From assembly GCA_964016885.1 (NCBI GenBank), contig OZ024766.1, positions 8,184,001 to 8,248,000 on the forward strand: DNA of 64,000 nt, given 5' to 3'. Of this stretch, positions 1 to 13,384 are shown in pieces. This DNA comes from Eledone cirrhosa (lineage: Eukaryota). Made by a program: the position numbers and the translations under genes. The notes under the pieces are model-generated. The model was not told the origin of the DNA, did no database searches, and was given only the letters and a program-made list of their open reading frames with translations. Numbering within the stretch: the stretch's first letter is position 1; each line of letters starts with the position of its first letter.

Positions 1-850
<850 letters not shown>

Positions 851-1782
851 GTGACCATGTAGACGTTTACTCATTCATATGTAATTGATACCCTTTGATT
901 AACCATCGATTGAATATGATTCAAATTGTTTTTCTGACTATATTAAATTATGTCCTGGACTTTTAACATATGACACCGGTTTTATGAAAGAGCAGGAAAT
1001 ATTGTCAAAGACAGCACGTACCTGCTTTCTTTACTATAACTTTAATTAATCTAATTATATCTTGTGTAGCAATTATCTCATGTTAAGGTGAAAGTTAATA
1101 TTTTCTAGCTAACATAGAGTGAGCTACATGTTTCAGGGTAGGTGTTTCATCTCCTACATGATTAAATATTTCATTTCATGAGAAACTACGCTACATCGTG
1201 AATTGGTTGTTCTACATTTTACTGAACAGTGAGAAATAGGTTTAAATCACCAACATCTGAACAATTAGCTTTCTTGGTCTTTCTTGACTTTACACTTGGA
1301 CTTGAAATATAAAGTAGATATTATTTGTATTGTTAATACAGCAGATATTGAGTTCTTTTCTACACCACAATTTTATTTCCTTGACATCAGTGTCACACTG
1401 TCATATCTATTCTTACTCTACAGTTGTGTCAACTAAGTGTTCCATTACAATCTGTATTAAAAGAATGACTATTTCACCAGAACATCTGCTGCTAGTCATT
1501 TACGGACACCCTATATATTTTAGACCACATATCATTAATTATACATAGCCACTTTTCTTAACATACAAATAGAAGTCTTTTTCTCTACAATAATACATAT
1601 GTACCACTTGGAGAGGACTCACTTTGCTACAAGAATTCTATTGGTATATAGAAAATATATCTACATTGCATATTTTCCACACGTGTAAACATAGTCTTAT
1701 GATATCTAAGACAAGAAACTGAACTGTAATATATTATAAACACAGATATTTCTCAACTTTTAAGAATTCTTCAAAAATTACT

Positions 1783-3100
1783 ATGGAAGACGTTAAACAC
1801 TTGGACATTTCTACCAATATAGATACAGTTACACAGACATACAGTGCTGAGAAACCTTTACCTAGTGAAACATGTACTGAACAAGGATCTTTATACAGAA
1901 ATATTCCTGAATATAGCTGTGAGATTTGCAGGAACACTTTCTTATCAGAAGATGAATTATCTACACACAAACACATACATATTAAAGACAAACCCTATCA
2001 TTGTGAAATATGTGGGAAATCTTCTCATTTAATTGATCATGTATGGAGTCATACTGGAGAAAAACCCTATCACTGTGAAATATGTGGGAAATCTTTTATG
2101 AATACAAGCCACTTAAACACACATCAAAAAATTATCACGGGAGAAAAACCTTTCCACTGAAATATGTGGGAAGTCTTTTACACAGAAAACTAATCTTGTT
2201 GTACATAAAAGAATACACACGGGAGAAAAACCTTTCCACTCTGAAATATGTGGAAAATCTTTTACACAGAAAACTAATCTTGTACACAAAAGAATACACA
2301 CAGGAGAAAAACCTTTCCACTGTGAAATATGTGGGAAATCTTTTACACAGAAAACTAATCTTGTACACAAAAGAATACACACTGGAGAAAAACATTTCCA
2401 CTGTGAAATATGTGGGAAGTCTTTTACTTCAAACTCCCATCTGGTAGACCATAAAAGAATACACACTGGAGATAAGCATTACCATTGTGAAATATGTAGT
2501 AAATATTTCTCTTTTAATTCTAGCTTTACTATACATAAAAGGACACACACAGGAAAAAATCTGGGTTATTGTGAAATATGTGGGAAATCTTTTTACAACA
2601 AAGACTTGAGAAAACACGAGAGAATTCTTGCTGAGGGAAAATGCTTCCACTGTGAAGTATGTGGCAAATCTTTTGTTAATTCATAAGCATAAACACACTG
2701 GAGAATACTATTTTTGTGAAATGAGTGGGAAATCTTTTCTTTCAAGCAAAGTCTTCAATAAAAACAAACAAACCCTCACATGGTGAGGGGAAACATTTTA
2801 ACTGAAATATGTGAGAAATCTTTTGTGAACAGAAGCCACTTAAACACACAGGAGAAAAACCGTTCCACTGTGAAATATGTGGGAAATCTTTTGTGAACAC
2901 ATGTGGGATATATTTTGTCTGTCTAGCACAGTCTTACATAAACACAGACTAGGGGGGGAAACATGGTAAATAATTTTGTTAACACATGTGGGATATCTTT
3001 GTGTTTACCACAGTCTTAATTAGACTCAAACACTGGAGGGAAACCTTTTAACTATGAAACATGTGGTAGATATTACTGTGAACACATGTGGGAAATGTTT
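1783..3100 (+). pseudogene. Second, distinct C2H2 ZNF (CEICGKSF type), frameshifted pseudogene, copy 1
   Basis: MEDVKHLDIS... N-terminus, then fingers broken by cactgaaat (2-nt loss giving TGA at 2158-2160) and further indels; fingers decay toward ~3100. Confidence 0.85.
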
Positions 3101-3489
3101 TGTGTCTCTAACTATCACAGGAAAAACATGCGCAGACATGAAACACAAAACAAACGAAGACAAGAAGGGGTAGAGGTTTAAAACCAGGAAAAAGAGGAGG
3201 CACAATACAAATAGTCATTGAGGAGGTCATAATGTGTAACAAAAGAACTTTGATTAACAAACAATAAAGATAAAGTAAAAATAAAATGGTGCAGGTGTTT
3301 CTTTATATTGCCATCATGACTATCCCCAAATATAAAAATATATATACATACATGTACATATATTTATATATGTTTGTATGTATATATATATATATATATA
3401 CACACACACATGTACATATATTTATATATGTTTGTATATATATATATGTATACATGTACATATATTTATATGTTTGTGTATATATATCA

Positions 3490-3840
3490 TCACAGGGTTA
3501 CAGTATGTCTTAGTGTCATTGGTGTTAAGTGACTGAGAGTACAAGACTTCCTCCTGGACAAGACACTAGTCCATCACAGGGTTAAAGTCTGTCATAGTTT
3601 CATTGGTGTTAAGTGACTGAGAGTACAAGACTTCACCTGGACAGGACACCAGTCCATCACAGGGTTAAAGTCTGTCTTAGTTTCATTGGTGTTAAGTGAC
3701 TGAGAGTACAAGACTTCCCCCTGGACAGGACACCAGTCCATCACAGGGTTAAAGTCTGTCTTAGTTTCATTGGTGTTAAGTGACTGAGAGTACAAGACTT
3801 CCCCCTGGACAGGACACCAGCCCATCACAGGGTTAAGGTC
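3490..3840. repeat. 84-bp satellite, ~4 units
   Basis: Unit tacaagacttccccctggacaggacaccagtccatcacagggttaaagtctgtcttagtttcattggtgttaagtgactgagag (84 nt). Confidence 0.92.
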
Positions 3841-4330
3841 TTATATATATATATTTATACATATATGTATATATATATATATATGTATTTCTGGAAGTCC
3901 AGAAACAGACGTCGAAATGGCTTGAGCTCTGCCGTCGGAGTCTTGACTCTTTTCCTATTACCCACTCTACTACCCAAAGTATTGAGTACTCTGGTGGCTT
4001 ATGGTCCACTTGGTGCCTTACTACACTTCCTTCATTATATATATATAAAATAAAAATATATAATATTTATTTATACAATGATATTAAATAAATGGAAACT
4101 ATATTTATAAAACCATATTTATTCTAATATATATATTTCAAGGGTACGAAAATTTTGACATAACCAAGGAGAATATACCCTAACGGTTCAAAGTATATAT
4201 ATGTATATATATATAGTAAAATAAAAATATATAATAATTATTTATACATAGTATATATTATATTATTTATTATATATATGTATATATATAAATAAATATA
4301 TATTTTTTATTTTACTATATTTTTGTATAT

Positions 4331-4514
4331 AATTGTTTCCTCTTTTGGCACAAGGCCAGCAATGACCCAGTGCATTACTGGTACTTTATTTTATCGACCC
4401 CGTAAGGATGAAAGTCAAAGTTAACCTCGGCGGGATTTGAACTGAGAATGGCAAGGACCGTAACTCTATACGTCAAAACATGGCATCCGACCCTCTACCG
4501 ATACTGCCAATCCA
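4331..4514 (-). mobile_element. tRNA-derived SINE (also 25922-26105 and 47802-47985)
   Basis: Minus strand has B-box-like GTTCAAATCC followed by ...ctttcatccttacggggtcgataaaataaagtaccag...gctggccttgtgcc; many dispersed copies in the window. Confidence 0.8.
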
Positions 4515-4846
4515 CATATAATATATACAGGTTGGTCCGAAAGTCATGTCACCCCCTACCAAAAAGTAATGAGAAACAGTTTATGTTCCCATCGCAGTAT
4601 CATCCCCTTCGGAGGAGCTGGTTTGCCGAATCTATCTTGCAGTGAAGTCATCTCACATATATAAACATATATCGTGTCATATATATATATATATATGTAT
4701 TTATTATTATTACTGTATACATATATATATAATAATAATAATAAAAAATAGAAAGACCAAAACCTAAAGAGGACTCGATAAAGTTTCAGATGACCCTGCT
4801 AAGAGTAAAAGCAGAAATGCTTTGTTTAAACTTTTAATTCGGACTA

Positions 4847-4893
<47 letters not shown>

Positions 4894-4971
4894 TCTTCAA
4901 TGTAGAGAAATGGCTTATATAGGACTAGAACTGTTTTAAAGGGTAATCAGGCAGGGAGAAAGAGGCTAACA

Positions 4972-5303
4972 ATTCTCGGACTGGGTGATGTTGTTTCCTT
5001 GAGCAAGACACTTTATTTCGCATTGCTCCAGTTTACTTAGTTGTAGAAATGAGATGATAGGGACTGGGGTCCCTATCATTCCACTGTAAAGTGGTCGTGG
5101 AGGTGCCATGGCAAAAAAGCACCCAGCACTCACTGTAAATGAGGTTGGTGTTAGGAAGGGCATCCAGCTGTAGAAATCAAGCCAGAATCACTATGAGCAA
5201 GACAAGGTCAGCCGACTGGACACTGCCCACAACAGGACAACCCGTCTAACCCATGCTAGCATGGAAGAACGGCTGTAAAACGGTGATGATGATGATGATG
5301 ATA
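4972..5303 (+). mobile_element. 5'-truncated SINE with CORE-like body and RTE-derived 3' tail (also ~26555-26885 and ~48440-48773)
   Basis: ccttgagcaagacactttatttc body, then gttaggaagggcatccagctgtag...aacccatgctagcatgga and a (GAT)n tail. The tail matches the RTE 3' end at 35948-36455; a copy with its head intact is at 60161. Confidence 0.75.
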
Positions 5304-5662
5304 CATGGGCAGAGGTGGTGGGAACAGACCACAGATCGCTGAAGCTCATGGTGGAGAGATGCTGTGCTAAATAGGACCCGTGCCACTCTTGCAAGCAGGG
5401 AAAAGAGGACGTACAAGTGACACAGTGGAGACTGAGGTTAGTTGGACATGCTCAACGACATCCAGAGTTTACACTACACTCAGTGCTCCTGTGGGAGCCC
5501 CTGCATGGACACACTAGAAGAGGAAGACCGAGGTTAACGTATGTTGATGCCTTAAGGACAGATACTGGTCTGTTGGAGACGCAGGGCATGGCAACGATAA
5601 TGAGGGACAGAAGCTGGTGGAGAGAACTCGTCCATAGATCTTTGGAATTTTACCCGCCCTAG
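5303..5662 (+). mobile_element. Two stacked RTE-type LINE ORF2 C-terminal fragments (also 26885-27269 and 48774-49133)
   Basis: TWAEVV...(DRDKW)RDAVL followed by RLRLVGHAQRH...RRGRPRLTYVDAL...RDRSWWRELV, typical RTE C-terminal motifs. Confidence 0.75.
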
Positions 5663-6259
5663 ACATATATATATATATATTTTTTTTTTTTCTTATGATT
5701 TTTATCGTTGAGTTTTTAATGCATTTTCTCTCTTCATGATATCTTCTATATTTGGATTACATTGAGTTCTTCATACGGATTGGACACTACTGTTTTATTT
5801 TGGTAGATTTATCTATATATATATATATATATATTGAGAGAGAGAGAGCATGTAGAGAAGTGACACATGAGTTGATATGTTTATAAAATAGTAAAAAAGA
5901 AAAATACAGTAGAAAATGCTAAAGGGATTTTCTCTCAGAATATACAGCAAAACATTTATTTACAAAATAGGAATTTCCACGTTAATTGTACTGGTTTCAG
6001 CTTATAGGCTTCTTCACACGACGGAGGTGTATAATGCAGTTAGATTGTATATTAATAAAAATATGGAGGTAAACATTGTTTTTACATCCATATTTAGGGA
6101 GCAAAGTTGACATTTGTCAGTTTTCTTTCTTCCTCTCTTAGTGCTGACCTTAGCCGTGTTACTACCAACAGTGTATGTAAAAACAATTTTTCCCCCATCC
6201 ATTATACATTTCTCTACAAAAACACCCAGATTGAGTGCTTCTGGCATTATCATTTATTT

Positions 6260-6455
6260 TTTCAATTTGAATCAACACCAGCAAGTGAAGCCTGGCTTAT
6301 CTCCCCTTTCATGTTACATCCCATGTTTTCAACTTGAACCAACGCCAGCAAGTCATTCTCGGCTTACCTCCCCTTTGGTGTTACATCACATGTTTTCAAT
6401 TTGAACCAATGCCAGCAACTCTGGCTTACCTCCCCTTTAATGTTACATCACATGT
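6260..6455. repeat. ~65-70-bp degenerate tandem repeat, 3 units (also ~27872-28065 and ~49828-50020)
   Basis: tttcaatttgaaccaac.ccagcaa...ggctta.ctcccctt...tgttacatcacatgt occurs three times. Confidence 0.7.
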
Positions 6456-6579
6456 CACATATACTTTAAGGTTTACCTCAAACCTTCCTCCTCACTCTTG
6501 CTCAGTTTGAATCCATGCCAGAATGTAAAGCATGGCTTATCCTCTCTTTGATAGGTTCCCTGCAAATTGATCCTTTTCG

Positions 6580-6935
6580 TGATACACCAAAAAGCACCCA
6601 GTCCACCCTGTAAAGTGGTAGTGCTGGTGATACAACAAAAAGCACCCAGTCCACCCTGTAAAGTGGTAGTGCTGGTGTTACGACAAAAAGCTCCAAGTCC
6701 ACTCTGTAATGTGATAGTGCTGGTGGTACAACAAAAAGCACCCAGTCCACCCTGTAAAGTGGTAGTGCTGGTGGTACAGCAAAAAGTACCTAGTCCACTC
6801 TGTAAAGTGGTAGTGCTGGTGATACAACAAAAAGTACCCAGTCCACCCTGTAAAGTGGTAGTGCTGCTCATACAACAGAAAGCACTCAGTCCACTCTGTA
6901 AAAAGGTAGGGCTGGTGATTCAACAAAAGTATCCC
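6580..6935. repeat. 48-bp minisatellite, ~7 units
   Basis: Unit acaacaaaaagcacccagtccaccctgtaaagtggtagtgctggtgat; resembles the aaaaagcacccag...ctgtaaagtgg motif of the RTE/SINE 3' tail. Confidence 0.9.
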
Positions 6936-7138
6936 TAAGTCGATACTGGGGGAAGAGGGTTTAGCAGGTGACAGATAAAGCAGGAGGGCCAGGGTTCTTC
7001 CAAATCTGCCGACCACTAAAAAGATAAAGACTAACACGTGATAGAATTTCTAGTGAATCGTTTTATTGACTGGTCATAGGTGGTGGTCACTATGGCAACT
7101 ATGGACTCCAACAACAACAGTGTTGGTCAAGTGATTTG

Positions 7139-10100
7139 TTATTCTGGTTTGAGACGTATGTATATGGCCATAGCATCGGCTACACCAACTCCTGAAATTA
7201 ACAATGACCACAACAACATCATTAATAACAATACCAACAGTTATAGTTTGAACAAAAAGAGGTGAGAGCATTTTGACCAGTTACAGCCAGTTTGAACATG
7301 AAGAGGTGAGAGAATTCTGGCCTGTTACAGCCAGTTTGAACATGAAGAGGTGAGAGAATTCTGGCCTGTTACAGCCAGTTTGAACAGAAAGAGGTGAGAG
7401 AATTCTGGCCGGTTATGGCCAGTTTAAACAGAAAGAGGTGAGAGAATTCTGGTCAGTTACAGCCAGTTTGAACAGAAAGAGGTGAGAGAATTCAGGCCGG
7501 TTATGGCCAGTTTAAACAGAAAGAGGTGAGAGAATTCTGGTCAGTTACAGCCAGTTTGAACAGAAAGAGGTGAGAGAATTCTGACCGGTTGCAGTCAGTT
7601 TGAACAGAAAAAGGGGAGAGGATTCTGACCAGTTACAGCCAGTTTGAACAGAAAGAGGTGAGAGAATTCTGGCCGGTTGCAGCCAGTTTGAACAGAAAGA
7701 GGTGAGAGAATTCTGGCCGGTTACAGTCAGTTTGAACAGAAAGAGGTGAGAGAATTCTGACCAGTTACAGCCAGTTTGGACATGAGGAGGTGAGAGAATT
7801 CTGGCCGGTTACAGTCAGTTTGAACAGAAAGAGGTGAGAGAATTCTGGCCGGTTACAGCCAGTTTGAACAGAAAAAGGTGACAGAATTCTGGCCGGTTAC
7901 AGCCAGTTTGAATAGAAAGAGGCGAGAGAATTCTGGCTGGTTATGGCCAGTTTAAATGCTAAAGGGTTAAGCAGAGAATTGTTCCTTTTACTTTACTATG
8001 GTGTCTTACCTTCGCTCCATGTTACTTTGGTAGATTTATTGGAATAAAAGATCTTCGGATAGGATTTAGAGGACTCCCATGTACACCAAATGTATTCTTC
8101 GTTAATAGATAACCAGCCCCGATCTTTTGAACAACCGGTGTGAAAGTTGGAAATATAGAAGCGCCGCACTTCCCTGTAAATAATAAAGGTAATTGTTTCT
8201 GATTTAGGCACAAGGCCAGCAATTTTGGGGGAGGGGGAAGTCGATATATCGACTCCAGTGTATTACTGGGACTTTATAATAAATGTTTCTACTGTAGGCA
8301 CTAGGCTAGCCATTACTCCCAGTACATTACTGGTACTTTATTTTATCGACCCCGTAAGGATGAAAGGCAAAGTTAACCTCGGCGGGATTTGAACCCATAC
8401 TGTAAAGGGCCGTAACTCTGTGCTGCAGAGCATGGCGTCTGACCCTCTACCGATACTGCCAATCCACCACCATAATAATAATGATTCCTAGTATAGGCAC
8501 AAGGCCAGCAATTAGGGGTGAGTGCTGACATTTGAAAAGTTTAAAGAAGTGAATCTTTAAATAAGCAATAAAATTATTTATATTTAATTAAGAGTTACGA
8601 AATTTAGTAGATAAATTATGTAATATTCATTCATTATTTATTCAAAGTAATCCAACTTATTTTACAAACGGGATAAAAAGATATAAAACGAACAAAGTCC
8701 CACACTCCTCACTTTATCATATAATAGATTGAGACTTACGCAATTCCAATTATAGAGAAACCGTTGAATGTTCCAAAGTCCGTCCATGGGGAACTCATTA
8801 CATTTTCTTTACTAAACCAGTTAGTTATTGTGGTTTTCTTGCCATTAAATACCATTGTGACAACAACTGTTTGATTCTTGGACAGAACCAGTTTTACCTG
8901 AAAAAGAATATGCTATGTATATATATATATAAATTAAACAATAATCAAAGCTGTGTTCAAATCATTTTATTGCTGACAATCGTTTCTTCCAAACTTTCGT
9001 TTGGAATCATCAGAGCACTAGCAAAGATTGGACATATAATTAACTTCCTATTCATCTGAACAATCATATAGATATATGGATATTAATGTTGTCATCAATA
9101 GTTTCGTATTTACAGAGTGGAATGGATGTGACATAGATTACAAGAGAATTGTGTAATAATTAAAAAGGCCCAGAGAGGAATGCATGTGACAGAGATTACA
9201 AAGGAATAGTATAATAATTAAAGAGGCATTAAGGTAGAAAGTTACTCGTAAAACGAGGACACTAGCAGTACATATGCAAGCGTAGAGAGAGTGCAAATGC
9301 ATTAGGCATATACAGGAAGGAAACAAGCAATGGTATTAGGCATATATAATTACTGCATGGTGAAGGTAACGCATAAAACAACATAGGTTTACAAGCATAT
9401 CAATCAGGCAAAGGTAAACGTACCATGGATGCTCATTTCTTTGTACGGCAATTACAGCAGGAGTACCTAGCTAACAGTAAACCCCTCTATTTAGCTTTTG
9501 TTGACCTGGAGAAGGCCTTTGACAGAGTCCTCCACTCTATTATCTGGTGGGCTCTTAGAAAACTAGGAGTGGGAGAATGGCTTGTGAAAGCTATACAAGC
9601 CATATATAGAGGAACAGTCAGCAAAGTTAGAAATAACAAAGAATATAGTGAAGAGTTTAGCGTAATAGTAGGGGTTCACCAGGGCTCCGTTCTTAACCCC
9701 CTCCTGTTTATACAGGATATAACAGAGGGATTTAAGACTGGCTGCCCATGGGAACTTCTATGTGCAGATGATCTAACTCTCATAGCTGAATCCATGGCTG
9801 AACTAGAGAAGAAGTTCCAAACATGGAAGCCTGGCCTAGAATCAAAAGGCCTTAAAGTGAACTTGTCCGAGACTAAGGTTCCAGTATGTAGAAAGGAGAA
9901 TAGGGCACAGGTACCCTCTGGGAAATGGCCATGCTCAGTGTGTAAGAAAGGAGTAGGCAGAATCTCCATTTTATGTTCCAAATGCAAACTATGGGTGCAT
10001 AAAAGATGCAGTAGGATCAGAGGTAAACTATCTAAGAATGTAGATTTTATATGTGGCCGATACTCAGGTGCAGTAAGTAGCAAGGATCCACTGGGTTACA

Positions 10101-13100
10101 TCTCCTTCAACTGCCCAGATGGTTTTATAGAAATAGTAGACACCTTCCGTTACCTGGGTGACAAAATCAGCAGTGGAGGAGGGTGCTCTGAAAGTACAGT
10201 AGCCAGAGTTAGAACAGGATGGAAAGGTTCAGAGAGTTAATACCGCTGTTGGCCACAAGGGGTTTTTCTCTAAAAAAAAAAGGCAGATTGTATGATGCTT
10301 GTATACGAACGCCGATATTACATGGTAGTGAGGCCTGGGCACTGCGTAGATTAGAAAGAACTAAAGCTTGCATGCTCCAATGAATGTGTAATAGTAATGT
10401 GCGGGAAAGGCGAAGTATAAACAAACTAAGAAGGAGACTAAGCATAAGAAGTATCAAATGTGTTCTGGGCAGTTCCCATTAGTACTATCAAATGTTGTGT
10501 TTGTATGTGTGTGACTGTACATACCAGAATATATATTTATGTGTGTGTGTGTGTGTGTGTGTGAACATATTAAACACTCACAAATGTGTATGTAGCTCTA
10601 CAGAGACCTACCTCATCAATTGGAAGCTCATTCCAAATATCCAGAATTGGATGCCGGAAAAAATTAGGACAGAAATTTCCAACACATTTCTCCACCTTCC
10701 AAGTCGACGCATTTCCTATATTAAGGAAGGAATTATAGACTAACGAGTTTGCTCCCATTGATAAGGCATACACCTTAATCCATTTATCTCCTGAAATAAT
10801 AATAATAATAATGGTTTCTTTATTGGCCACAAGGGCTAACATGAAGAAAAACATTAGAGATGGCACAGGACAATACAAAGTGGGTTTTGGTTGTGTAAAC
10901 AGGTTATAACAAAATCGGGCTAGAAATCCAAAAAATTCAAACAAAAATTCCCCCAAAAGGGGGAAACCTCCAAGGGGTCACTCATGGAGAAAACCACACA
11001 AAATAGACCACAGCCACCCTGACCACCAGAGCAAGCGCCCTCTCTCACTTTTCCCACTCCTCAGTCTACAGGCACATAGTCAGAGTGGGCCCGTTCACTC
11101 GGACCAGACTCGCCACTTTCACCCACCTTTCAACAAACTTACTAGAAGACAGTACTTACTTGCCTCTCCACTCTGATTTTCTTCTTTAAGTGAAACTTGA
11201 AAAATTTAATCAGGGATTTGTCGGAGAGGAAAGTGTCCATCTTCAACCTTGTCCACCACACAATCTCTTTTGCCATGGCCACCAGGCAGATGAAAACTGC
11301 CTGCCCTTCCTCTTCTTTAAAGGAGGATGGCGGGGCTATCTGCAAAATGGACTCAGTCGATAACCGGATCCGTCCTACACGTGACAGCAGCTGTTCGACA
11401 TAGCTCCACAAGTCAGCAATCCTCAGGCACTGAACGAGTGCGCGCAGGAGGGTTTCGTCGCCCTGCGCGCTTCTCGGACTGGCTCGACTGACAGCAACCT
11501 CCGTGCCTGTAGAGCTTATCCCGAACCGGCAACACTCCCCAGTAGCACTGCCAGGTCAGGGAAATGTACGTCTACTGTGGCGTACTTTTTGTCTCGGGTG
11601 ATGTGGAGTTTTCGTGCCCAGACGCACCCCAGGGCCTTTTGGATTTGAGTCTCCGTAGCTCTCTCCAGCCGATGTGACAATTTGCTTACGGTGCGGTAAG
11701 TCACCGTGCGCAGCTGCTGGTCTTTGAAGAAATCGGGTGGAGGTTTCAGGGAAACTCTATTGACGTTTCTTGTCACCATGGCTCTTGCGACTGCCATCTC
11801 CTCCTCCGTGACTAGCACTGTCTCTATATTTCGAGCCACACCTGTGAAAGAAGTGGCCCCTTTTTCAGCGGCACCACTATTACTGCTGCTACTCATCTGG
11901 TTGTTGGTGCTACTGCTACAAACGGTGTTGTTGGTGTTGTTGCTGTAGTTCATTGTGTTTTCGGTGCAATTTGTATTGTTGTTGGTGGTGTTGTCGTTGT
12001 TTATTTTCTTGTTAGTGGTGTTAATATCGTTGTTGCATTTTTCTATTGTCTGTATTTTGGTTGACGCTGTTATTGTTGTAGTTGGTGTGGTAATTTTTGT
12101 TAAATTAGTGTTCTCAGTGTTGTTGTCTTTGTTCACGTTGTTTGTGGTGGTGTTTGTTGTATGAATTTCTGTGACCCTCCTCTCAACTTTTACGCCGTTG
12201 TCATACGACAGCAGACATATTGCTGGGGGGCGTGGCTCAGCCATGTTTTTTTTTTTTTCATTTTCAAAAGTGAAATGTTCAAAAATATTGTTCATATATT
12301 TGGACCAAAAGGCCCAAATATTATACTTTCCCCTTCACAGGGCAATGTCCAAGGGCTTATACCCCTTACACAACAAGAAAAATTTAACAACAAATAATTA
12401 TAACAGCTAAATAAAGTGACTTACTGAGAGCAAGCAAAAAAGCTTTCCAAACAGATAATAATAGTATAAAGACCTGGAGATAGAGATTGGAAAGATCTGG
12501 AAGTTGAGGACTAAAACAATACCAGTGGTTGTAGGCGCTCTAGGAATGATACCTCAGGGGTCTAATGATTACTTATCCCAAATCCCAGGAAACCCGCGTA
12601 TAGCAGAAATACAAAAGATAGTACTAATGGGAACTGGCCATATACTAAGGAAGATTCTGTCAATATAAGTACATCACAAGTCTAAACACCTAAAGATACA
12701 TGTATGTGTGTATGTGTTCCTTCTTGAACATGGTGGACCTTGTTGTCTCTTGAGGTCACTGGTTGTGACTTGGTGATAACTCGTATGAACATAAAGCAAG
12801 ATAAATGAAATAATAATAATATTAATAATAAAGGTAACTTACTTCTATAATAAGCCATCTCGTTCATGTTCTGTCCAGTGGTGACTGTCAGTATATTCTT
12901 TGGTGAATATATCTTACAAAGCTGTTTGACTTTGTCATAACTGAAGTATTCTGTTTCTTCGGTTAAAGCAGTGACCGCACACTTGAGAAGAGTGTTGCAT
13001 GGAATGAAGTGGTCAGTTGTGGTCTTCAAAAGGTAGCTGTAGGTATAGCCACTAGCCAGATGTTCATATTGGGCTTCACTGTAGTTCGGCCTCTCTGACC

Positions 13101-13188
13101 CTGAAGACGATGATGTTGTTGAGGTGAGGGTGACCGCAATGGTCAGAAGTAGAAGTAGAACGAGGTAGATTGGTAGTGACAGCTTCAT
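7139..13188 (-). CDS. Spliced gene copy A: predicted secreted 299-aa protein (signal peptide, PAN/apple-like segment, Trp/Cys C-terminal domain). Exons 13188-12843, 10790-10612, 8897-8740, 8173-8010, 7191-7139
   Basis: All four introns are GT-AG with polypyrimidine tracts and compatible phases 1/0/2/1. Exon lengths 346+179+158+164+53 = 900 nt with no internal stop. N-terminus MKLSLPIYLVLLLLLTIAVTLTS, C-terminus GVGVADAMAIYIRLKPE*. AATAAA on the minus strand at 7062-7067. Confidence 0.88.
7245..7970. repeat. 44-bp minisatellite (~16 units) in intron 4, ending in a piggyBac-like terminus
   Basis: Unit gaacagaaagaggtgagagaattctggccggttacagccagttt; the array ends in tttaaatgctaaagggttaa (reverse complement TTAACCCTTT...). 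Confidence 0.9.
8190..8515 (-). mobile_element. Cluster of SINE pieces in intron 3 (also 29760-30075; a + strand copy at 52635-52823 in unit III)
   Basis: Same SINE family as 4331-4514 (cgggatttgaac B-box complement, ggcacaaggccagc tail). Confidence 0.75.
9410..10460 (+). mobile_element. RTE-clade LINE reverse-transcriptase fragment, degenerate (intron 2)
   Basis: ORF 9425-10240 has FVDLEKAFDRV, GVHQGSVL, CADD (catalytic YADD mutated), a Cys-rich insert WPCSVC...CSKCKLWVHKRC and FRYLGD; frameshift after 10230. Confidence 0.92.
10797..12454 (-). mobile_element. Internally deleted L1/Tx1-like LINE (5' end and ORF1 N-terminus joined to ORF2 C-terminus and 3' UTR)
   Basis: Asn/Thr-rich ORF1-like frame 12295-11516. 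From ~11560 another frame reads LTWQCYWGVLPVRDKLYRHG...ETLLRALVQCLRIADLWSYVEQLL (zf-RVT-like). The 3' end has AATAAA plus (ATT)n. Confidence 0.75.
12465..12830 (+). mobile_element. R4/Dong-like (RLE-type) LINE 3' fragment
   Basis: Translates YKDLEIEIGKIWKLRTKTIPVVVGALGMIP...EIQKIVLMGTGHILRKILSI*, followed by a 3' UTR and (TAA)n. Confidence 0.8.
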
Positions 13189-13384
13189 GTCGACCAACAC
13201 TACCACAACTGGGACTGGACAGTGGGAAGAAGGACGGTGTAATATCCTGGGCTACCCTATGAGGGCCGAGAGTGGGCAGTGAGAGGAGTGTGTTATAAGG
13301 ATGGTGAAGTGACCAAGACAGACTTGGAAAACATACAGATAAAAGGGAGAATAGAGAAGGATTAGAATAATAACAGGCTGGTCA

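Noticed and set aside
6014-6253. 79-aa minus-strand ORF with KRGRKKTDKCQLC
   Set aside because: No recognisable domain, indels differ among the copies, and no convincing splice context.
7245-7970. 44-, 84- and 88-bp arrays as CRISPR-like arrays
   Set aside because: Units are contiguous with no unique spacers, there are no cas genes, and the context is eukaryotic.
8010-10240. Hypervariable exon next to a reverse transcriptase as a diversity-generating retroelement
   Set aside because: The RT is a broken RTE LINE (CADD, truncated), there is no template repeat, and the substitutions are not adenine-specific.
12682-13206. 174-aa ORF as a stand-alone membrane protein
   Set aside because: Its hydrophobic tail is intronic read-through of (TAT)n and LINE sequence past the donor at 12842; only 13188-12843 is treated as exon.
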